A stretch of 64,000 bases of DNA, from positions 1 to 64,000 of the IMG/VR virus record IMGVR_UViG_3300032250_000070; one strand, 5' to 3'. How positions within the stretch are numbered: the first letter of the stretch is position 1; the number at the start of each line of letters is the position of its first letter. The position numbers and the translations under genes are program-made. The notes beneath the pieces are model-generated. The model made no database searches. It was given only the letters and a program-made list of their open reading frames with translations, and had not been told where the DNA came from. Of this stretch, positions 17,861-25,900 are shown piece by piece. Origin of the DNA: a virus (lineage: Duplodnaviria; Heunggongvirae; Uroviricota; Caudoviricetes).

Positions 17861-18693
17861 ATTGGGTAGATGTAGCAAGTAATCAATGTTTTAGTGGTAA
17901 CACATTGCAAAATGCAGTTGACAACGGATATTTTGTGCTTAAAAGTGCTATACCTGCAAACGGTAGAATGATTACTAAGGAAGGAGCAGAGAGTTATGTA
18001 TATATTAATCCTATACCAAGTAAAACATCTAACCAATTAGTAGTTAAGTCTAATCTTACAGCAGCTTCACTTCTTCCTTATTCTTATACACTTTATATTG
18101 ACTTCAATGATGATTCTGCTTTAGTAGGGTTTGATACAAGTGGTCAAGCGTGTGCGTCAACTAATGGTGTTACAGTATATTCAAGTTCAAGCAGTATAGG
18201 AATAGGTACAGCTTTGTATAGTGACGCTTATGGAACAGAGTCAATAATAGCTTCAGCATGTAATCAAAATTATTTTAAAATTGGTAGTAATTATATAACA
18301 TTTCAACCAAGATATCCATTGCAATGTGATGGATATATAATTGATTCAATAGGAAGTTGTTCTGTATCATATACAATTAATTGGACAAACAATAATATAA
18401 CTAGTGGAACAAACCAATTAGAAATCTTAAAGAATGGTATTCAGATTGTATATGTAGGTGGGTTGGCTAGTGGATCTTTCTCAGTAACTTCTAGTGACGT
18501 AATCACTTATAATTTGGCTTCAAGCACTCCTAATTACACTTATGCATTAATAAGTGTTAATACAGGTGGAACAGGAACTGTTTCTGATTGTAATTTTAAT
18601 AGTGCTTATGCATCAGAAAATGCAGGTATAACATTTAGTGCAAACGGAACAATAGATGGTGTTACAATTGATTATGAAGATGGATGTCCATAG
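17857..18693 (+). CDS. hypothetical fiber-associated/receptor-binding protein
   Basis: 278 aa, coupled (ATGA) to the fiber gene. Ser/Thr/Asn/Gly-rich beta-type composition. Confidence 0.45.
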   Translation: MNWVDVASNQCFSGNTLQNAVDNGYFVLKSAIPANGRMITKEGAESYVYINPIPSKTSNQLVVKSNLTAASLLPYSYTLYIDFNDDSALVGFDTSGQACASTNGVTVYSSSSSIGIGTALYSDAYGTESIIASACNQNYFKIGSNYITFQPRYPLQCDGYIIDSIGSCSVSYTINWTNNNITSGTNQLEILKNGIQIVYVGGLASGSFSVTSSDVITYNLASSTPNYTYALISVNTGGTGTVSDCNFNSAYASENAGITFSANGTIDGVTIDYEDGCP

Positions 18694-18728
18694 ATTTAAT
18701 TCTTTTATAATATATTAAATAAACCAAT

Positions 18729-19355
18729 ATGACAGTATTAATAACATTAACATTAGCAGGGACAGATGTAGGTCCCTTCAACCTTTATTCAAACGTGGAT
18801 GGATATACCACTCCATTAGCAACAGGAGTATCTAGAGCTGCATTAATAGCAGGATATAATCTTTTAAATGTCCCAGATACAGCTGCTGTTATCAGAGCAC
18901 AATCTACAGGCACTTGTACAAATTATCTTGATATGCTTTTGAGTGGAGGAACAACCACTACAACTAGTAGTACATCTTCTACTTCTACAACAACTTCTAC
19001 CACTACACCAGCTGTAGCATGTCTTACTGGTGACACAAGTGCTGTGGCATCATGTGCAGGTGGAGAATCAGCTTTATTTACAGTCTCTTCAGGTAACACA
19101 GCTCTTATCACTCCTGGTGGATATTACTACTCTGGATCTGGTACAAGAACTTATACAGCATACATTATGAATGCTGCTAATGATACAGTGTTGTACACAT
19201 TTAACTATACCCAAATAGGTTCTTCTCCAGGTAGTTGGACATCTGATTTGCCTCTTAACACATTGTCTGCAGGTAGCTATCGCTTAAGAACAGATACAGT
19301 GAACTGTTTCTCTAGCTCTGGTTCATTTAGTCTGAATGCTACATGTAATTCATAA
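18729..19355 (+). CDS. member 1 of a paralogous virion protein family (shared ~70-aa N-domain) with a poly-T/S linker
   Basis: The N-terminus is ...GTDVGPFNLYSNVDGY...AGY..NVPD...R.QSTGTCTNYLDM. This aligns with the N-termini of ORFs 28448 and 28887. It is followed by a TTTTTSSTSSTSTTTSTTTP linker. Confidence 0.55.
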   Translation: MTVLITLTLAGTDVGPFNLYSNVDGYTTPLATGVSRAALIAGYNLLNVPDTAAVIRAQSTGTCTNYLDMLLSGGTTTTTSSTSSTSTTTSTTTPAVACLTGDTSAVASCAGGESALFTVSSGNTALITPGGYYYSGSGTRTYTAYIMNAANDTVLYTFNYTQIGSSPGSWTSDLPLNTLSAGSYRLRTDTVNCFSSSGSFSLNATCNS

Positions 19356-19394
19356 ATAGTTAAAAACCTCTGTTTGTTGGTTTACAGAAGGTCT

Positions 19395-19426
19395 CCCCTA
19401 GGGTTTCTACCCTGGGGGTTTTTTGT
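19395..19426 (+). terminator. rho-independent terminator
   Basis: CCCCTAGGG-TTTCTA-CCCTGGGGG (9-bp stem with one G.U pair) followed by TTTTTTG. Confidence 0.8.
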
Positions 19427-19506
19427 TTAAACTCTAACTAAAAAAGTTATTCTATATAATTAAATTAGTTAGTAAAATTTTGAAAATGTCAGAAATAGTT
19501 CTTATC

Positions 19507-19541
19507 TTTACAATAATTTTAATCAAAATAAACTACATATG
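19507..19541 (+). promoter_or_regulatory. third copy of the TTTACA-N-AACTACATATG start-context element
   Basis: CTTTACAATAATTTTAATCAAAATAAACTACATATGCC. The spacing from TTTACA to ATG (32 nt) is similar to the 7766 copy (34 nt). Confidence 0.4.
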
Positions 19542-20789
19542 CCTGAAAATCAATCCTTGCTGCAACAGTTAGAAGAGATCTTACATTGGAAAAAGAGTAA
19601 AAAATTCTATGCTGATAAGCTTGGAATTACAGAGATTGAGGTGGAAGAGTTATTAAAAGAATTAAGAAATCAGGAACAAAGTGAAGAAGCTGCTGAGATA
19701 GGCAACTATGTTGCTGAGTTAGAAAACGCAGTGATTAAGTTTACAGAAGATCTGGCTAAGGGTACAGGAGAGGTTGTAGCCAATTTTAGTGAAGAGGTTA
19801 AGAGCCTTGATGAACTCATTGAGAAGTGTAAGATAGATACAGAGAAGTGGGAGATAACCAAATATGTCCAAAACTTCTGGGGAAATGGAAACAATCCTCA
19901 TTGGCAAGTCAAAGCATGGTTAGGGAAGAAGTCTACAGAACAAGTTTTTCAAGATGTGTTTGTAGACTTTTTAGCTTCATATAAGCCTGTTAGTCAAGAA
20001 GTTATGAGTCCTAAGGTTGACTTTAACAAACCAAATGGTATGTTAGTTATCAACAAACAAGACTCTCACTTAAACAAATGGGACATAGATGGTAACAATA
20101 ATGTGGCAGATAGATTAGCTAACATTATGTACAAGGTGGAACTGATAGCTAATCAAGCTCAGTTGTCCAATAACTTAGAGAACATAACTTACATAATAGG
20201 ATCTGATGAGTTTAACAGTGAGTATACCAATGCCACTACAAAAGGAACTCCTCAACAGAATACACATACATATCATACATCTTTTGAATACATCTGTGGA
20301 CATGAGGTGCTAATGATTACAATGTTATTACAATATGCTCAGACTGTAAATGTTGTATATGTAGCAGGTAACCATGATGAGTTTGTAGGATGGCATATGG
20401 TTAATTGGTTACAAACCTATTTTAGGAACGTAGAAAGATTAACATTTGACTGTTCTCCTAAGTATAGAAAGTATGTAAGTTATGGTGATTCAGCAATGAT
20501 GTTTAACCATGGAGATGCTATCAAACCAGCTAAGCTTGCAGCTTTATTCCCAATAGAGTTTAGAGAACACTGGTCTAGTCATAGCAAGTTCTACATCTTC
20601 ACAGGAGACAAACACCATGAGGTGAGTCATGATTTTAATGGTATAAAGTTTTATCAAATTCCAGCATTTTCAAATGCTAAAAGTCTTTGGGACGACAAGA
20701 TGGGTCACACAATGTCCAAGGCAGAAGTAACAGGATTTTTAATAGATGACTGTGATGGAATGACAAATATATTCAAACAGTATTTATAA
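19539..20789 (+). CDS. calcineurin-like metallophosphoesterase
   Basis: 416 aa. The motifs VYVAGNHDEF (GNHD/E) and MFNHGDA are typical of the metallophosphatase fold. Confidence 0.65.
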   Translation: MPENQSLLQQLEEILHWKKSKKFYADKLGITEIEVEELLKELRNQEQSEEAAEIGNYVAELENAVIKFTEDLAKGTGEVVANFSEEVKSLDELIEKCKIDTEKWEITKYVQNFWGNGNNPHWQVKAWLGKKSTEQVFQDVFVDFLASYKPVSQEVMSPKVDFNKPNGMLVINKQDSHLNKWDIDGNNNVADRLANIMYKVELIANQAQLSNNLENITYIIGSDEFNSEYTNATTKGTPQQNTHTYHTSFEYICGHEVLMITMLLQYAQTVNVVYVAGNHDEFVGWHMVNWLQTYFRNVERLTFDCSPKYRKYVSYGDSAMMFNHGDAIKPAKLAALFPIEFREHWSSHSKFYIFTGDKHHEVSHDFNGIKFYQIPAFSNAKSLWDDKMGHTMSKAEVTGFLIDDCDGMTNIFKQYL

Positions 20790-21526
20790 TGGCAACATTA
20801 AGACAAATGGTTTCAGATGTACGTTCAGTACATAAATTGCTCACTACAGATAATCTAATTACTGATAGAGTGGTTGCGTCTGAAATTAAGAACAACACAT
20901 ATTTACTAATCAAACGTGAGACTAATCTCAGAAAGCTTTGGGCTACTGACACTGTATTCCAAACACTTCCTTGTTTGGAAATGATAGAGGTGCCTATTTC
21001 TGATTGTTGTGAATATGTGGACCCTTGTCAAGTTGCAAGAAGCAAATATAAACTTCCTCGCATGAGTGAAGGAAACTATCAATACTTAATCCAGGGTGTT
21101 TATTCTATAAACGCTATGGGAGGTAATGCTAAAAGATTCAAAGAGATTACAATCAATAGATACTTAAATCTATTAAAACTACCTATTATCAAAGCTGAAC
21201 AATACTATTGGATAGCTAATGGTGGGTATTTATATATTAACAATCCAAACTTACAATCAGTTAGAATATCTGCATTCTTTGAAGAAGATGTTCCAAACAG
21301 TATTTTATATCCTGATGGTTGTTCTTGTGGAAACATTCCTCAAGTTAGTAATGAAGATTACTGTATGAATCCATTAGACAAAGAATTTGGATGCCCAGGA
21401 TACTTAATAACACAAGTGTTACAACTTACTTCTCAAAAACTATTATCGACATACTTTAGCATTAAAACAGATCAAACATTTGATGGCATTGACGGACAAG
21501 CTCCCAATGCAAAACCAACAAGCTAA
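20789..21526 (+). CDS. hypothetical protein
   Basis: 245 aa, TAATG-coupled. Confidence 0.5.
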   Translation: MATLRQMVSDVRSVHKLLTTDNLITDRVVASEIKNNTYLLIKRETNLRKLWATDTVFQTLPCLEMIEVPISDCCEYVDPCQVARSKYKLPRMSEGNYQYLIQGVYSINAMGGNAKRFKEITINRYLNLLKLPIIKAEQYYWIANGGYLYINNPNLQSVRISAFFEEDVPNSILYPDGCSCGNIPQVSNEDYCMNPLDKEFGCPGYLITQVLQLTSQKLLSTYFSIKTDQTFDGIDGQAPNAKPTS

Positions 21527-22002
21527 TGCGTACTAAGATAGACTGGAGAAGCTCTAGTAAAGAAAACTACAGTAACTTTTGTAAGAAACATCCCACCATA
21601 AAAATTACATTTGATGAGTGGCGAAACATTATATATCTATATAATGACAATTTTAAAAACTACATTCTAGAAACAGGAGAGAAAGCAAGACTTCCTTTTG
21701 GCTTTGGTGAGTTCTCTATCAATAAGAAGAAGAGAAGAAAAACAAAGACAGTTGATGGAAAGGAGATGGTCAACCTACCAGTAGACTGGCAGAAGACAAA
21801 ACAAAAGGGAAAGATTATTTACAACTTCAACTTCCATACAGAGGGATTCTTTTTTGGATGGATTTGGTTTAAAGAGTCCACTAGGATACGTAATATAAAT
21901 CTTTGGTATTTCAAACCTTGTCGCACAACTTCTAGATTGCTGTCACATTACATAAAAACAGATGATAAATACCAACACATTTATTGTGAATGGAAAAAAT
22001 AA
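21526..22002 (+). CDS. hypothetical basic protein
   Basis: 158 aa. It has a basic patch, KKKRRKTKTVDGKEM. TAATG-coupled. Confidence 0.5.
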   Translation: MRTKIDWRSSSKENYSNFCKKHPTIKITFDEWRNIIYLYNDNFKNYILETGEKARLPFGFGEFSINKKKRRKTKTVDGKEMVNLPVDWQKTKQKGKIIYNFNFHTEGFFFGWIWFKESTRIRNINLWYFKPCRTTSRLLSHYIKTDDKYQHIYCEWKK

Positions 22003-22008
22003 AAGAAC

Positions 22009-22977
22009 ATGGCATATTACTACAAATACAATTTTGTCTCACCTGAACCAATTTATTCAATTGTTAAGGAAGAGTTAAAATCTTATTTTGACACAGGGGC
22101 AGTGGATGATTTGCTTTTCCCTACTTATTTAGACAAATGTCTACAGAAGTTAGGTAGGTCAAGTTATGTTATTGCTGAACAGACATTGGATATTTCTGGT
22201 TATGAGGCTAGGCTTCCTGACAACTTCTTTGCTGTTAGAGAAGCTTGGATGTGTACAGAGCTTCCTCAACGTCCATACCAAACCCCTAACTCATTCTATT
22301 CTCAAGCTGCTTCTCAAACAACAATACAAATAAGTCCTATCATTAGTGGTGGGGTTCCTTGTGTAGAACCTAATTGTACAACAGGATGTCCTACATGTAT
22401 GCCTGATATCATCCAAGCAGTGTATAAAACCAATCAGCAAATAGCTAGAGGTATAAAAAAAGAATACTTATTAAAACCAGGTAATATATCTTGTCAAGGC
22501 AAATGTGATGTGAGTTATACAGATGCTTGGCAGTTTTATTCAACTGCCCCTCCTGTGCATGAATTCACTCCAGGAAGTGCTGGATATGATAGCTTTGATA
22601 TTAGAGATAATAAGTTTGTTACCAATTTTAGTTGTGGTGTGGTTCATATGATATTCTATGCTACAGACTATGATGCTGTTGGTAATCAATTAATTCCTGA
22701 TAACTATCGTGTAAGAGAGTTTATAGAAGCATTTATTAAGTTCAAGGTGTTTGAAACTTTAACAAATCAAACTAATGATGAAACCTTTAACCAACTTCAA
22801 ACTAAGTTAGCTTATTACAAACAGTTACATGATGAGGCATTCATTATGGCTAGTATTGAAATAAAGAAACAAGACGCATGGACTAAACAAAGAAGAGTAA
22901 GAAATGACTTACAACGCTTTGGACAATATGAATTACCAAATAGAAGCTCAAGATATGGCAGTGGATGGAACAGATAA
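22009..22977 (+). CDS. hypothetical structural protein (Cys-containing)
   Basis: 322 aa. Its 3' end overlaps the next giant ORF in the +1 frame. Confidence 0.5.
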   Translation: MAYYYKYNFVSPEPIYSIVKEELKSYFDTGAVDDLLFPTYLDKCLQKLGRSSYVIAEQTLDISGYEARLPDNFFAVREAWMCTELPQRPYQTPNSFYSQAASQTTIQISPIISGGVPCVEPNCTTGCPTCMPDIIQAVYKTNQQIARGIKKEYLLKPGNISCQGKCDVSYTDAWQFYSTAPPVHEFTPGSAGYDSFDIRDNKFVTNFSCGVVHMIFYATDYDAVGNQLIPDNYRVREFIEAFIKFKVFETLTNQTNDETFNQLQTKLAYYKQLHDEAFIMASIEIKKQDAWTKQRRVRNDLQRFGQYELPNRSSRYGSGWNR

Positions 22978-25900
22978 TCAAGGAACATCTAACGTAAGAC
23001 AAGAATACAATCTTGGCAGAGTTGGATTAGATATGGACTCTTCTGTAAATCAAGTACAGAAGGGTAAGCTTTCTTATGCTCTAAACGCAGCATTAGAAAA
23101 CTTTGACTCTAATTCTGTAAGTTATCAGAATGAGCCAAGTAATGAGGCTTGCTTAGAGTTTCCTGAAGGCTACCAACTTATTGGAACACATTTCATACAA
23201 GAGAAAAACAAACACATATTCTTCTTAGCTAATCCTCAAACAGGAGGAAGTGAGATAGGATATATGGATAACAATGATTGTGTATATCGCACGCTATGTA
23301 CAGAATATCCTGATTTAGAAATCACTGTATGTGCTAACTCAGACTGTTTAAACTTTGATATAGATCATCCAATACACAAAGCTGTACATAAGATAACTAA
23401 CTGTACTACAGAAGTTTATTGGACTGATGGATTGAATCCAAGAAGATTCATCAACATTGAACAAGTTCCTTACATCACCACCTATCTAAACAATCAGACT
23501 TGTGATCCACAGATCCAAGCAGTATTAGATTGTAATAAGTTAAATGTACAACCTAACTTTCAAATTCCTAATATAGAAGTTTCTGATATTGTTGTAGGAG
23601 GAGATTTAAAAGCAGGCACTTATCAGTTTGCTGTTCAATATGGTAATGCTTCAGGAGATGCTTATACATCCTACTATTCTGTAACCAACCCTGCATCTAT
23701 TGCTAATACAGAAATAACAACTCCTGACTTTCAATATTCTGTAGGTCAATCTATTGTATTAGACATTACTAACTTAGATGTTTCAGGATACTTCCAATAT
23801 TTTAACTTGGCTGTTATTAAAACCATTAATAATGGTACCACTGTAGAATTAGTGGGAACATATAGTATTCAAGAAAAAGAAACACTTATTACTTACACAG
23901 GACAGAACATGACTCAGATTCCTTTGAGTCTTGGAGATGTTCTTGAAAAGTTTCCTTATTATGATATTGCTCAAGATGTAACAAATGTACAAGATTATAT
24001 AGTTTGGGACAATCTTACTTCTATTGATAGAATCAACTATCAAAGCATTGCTAATCAAATACAACTTCAATGGGAGACATATAAGCTACCAGCTGGTAAT
24101 ACCTATGCTGATGCTTTTTACACTGCTAATTTGAGAGGATATTTGAGAGATGAGGTGTATGCTTTTGAAATTGTATTCTTATTAAATAATGGTAAACAAA
24201 CAGATGGTTTCCATATTCCTGGTAGAGTTAAGAACTTCAATGAGCTATCTGAGCCAGATGTAACTACAGCTAATAATGATTATATTGGAGATGGAACTCC
24301 TCAACCTTATTGGAAGATATATAACACTGCTAGTGTATCTACAACCTATCCTGCTCCTACAGATGGTAGTAGGAAGATAGGAGATGCATATCCTTATCAA
24401 TCTGGAGAATTTGCATATTGGGAGTCTACTGATAGGTACCCATGCAATGTAGACGTGTGGGGAGACTTAGCTGATGAACCTATCAGGCACCATAAATTTC
24501 CTGATGTTCTTGTAAGTCCTTACTTTGAGAGCCCAACCATTATATATTCTGGAGGTCAGATAGACCCTGTAATGCAAGTTGCTAATGCTACTTATCCAAT
24601 AGGTGTAAAGATAGATGTACAACAAGTAGCTTTTGCTATTCAAAGGTCTAGTTTAACAGATGCAGAAAAAGCATCTATTGTTGGATTTAAAATAGTAAGA
24701 GGTAATAGAAGTGCAAACAAATCTATTATTGCTAAAGGTATCCTTAGAAACGTAGGTAAATATACTAGAGAAGATCCTACTGATCCAGATGCTACATACT
24801 ATTACTATCCTAACTATCCATATAATGACTTAAGTGAAGATCCATTCTTACTTGAGAGAAACAATGCATACAACTCTCAATGTGATACATACTCTGTATC
24901 AGTGACAACTGCTGGTACATTACAATATACAAACTGTTTTACAGGAGAACCAGATACACAAGCTTTTAATAGTAGCACCACTGAAATATGTTCTATTACG
25001 CTTCCTGTTGTAAATAGTGGAGAAGCTACATTTACAAATGTTACAACTACGTCATATACAATCACTGTAAATAGTAGTATACTTAGTACTACATTTAATT
25101 ATACAGATCCAGTTACAGATGCTTTACGAAGCATTGTAGTTCCTAAATCAAGTTCTCGTTCAGTAAACTCTAACACTGTTCCTGTACGTACATCAGGAAC
25201 TACTAACTATACAATGGTTGCTAGCAATAGTGGTCAAAACAATGAATGTTATCCTGCTAAGTTAAATGGATTTAACAATCCTGATTCTGCTTACAGACAA
25301 GTATTTAATTCTCCTGAGACATCTTTTGGACAGCCTACATTAGGTAATGTTCTTAAATTAGAAAGTGTATTGTTTGGTGGAGGAAGAGCTCATTTTGTTG
25401 AAGTGCAGAAGCATGCTATGTATAAGCTTATCACTAAACAAACACAAATTGATGCTTTAGATTCTAGTAAGAGAATAGCTGATCTTGGAGGATTTAGTCC
25501 TGTAGCGTTCTTCACAGCATATCAAACTTACTTACAGATTTATATTAATGGAATTAGTAGACAAAACTTTGCATATTCATTTAACTCTAGATCTAGTTAT
25601 GACTATAGTGCAGATGTTCCTAATGATCAAGGAATTAAACAAAGACAGCTTGATAAAGTTCAATATGTATTTCCAGGTGTACAGAATGTAGGTGATAATT
25701 ATGATCTTAATAACTGGAATAGAGAATCTTCAGTTTATATTAAAACTATTGATAATAGAAACGGTGTACCTTTTACAGTGTCTCCTTTACCATATCCTAA
25801 CCAAACTTCTTCTCTTGTTGTAGCAGGTGTAAGTCAGATTAGTGATAATTCAAGATTTACAATTTCAGAAGCAGAAAACTGTGCTAGCCCTGAAGCTCAG

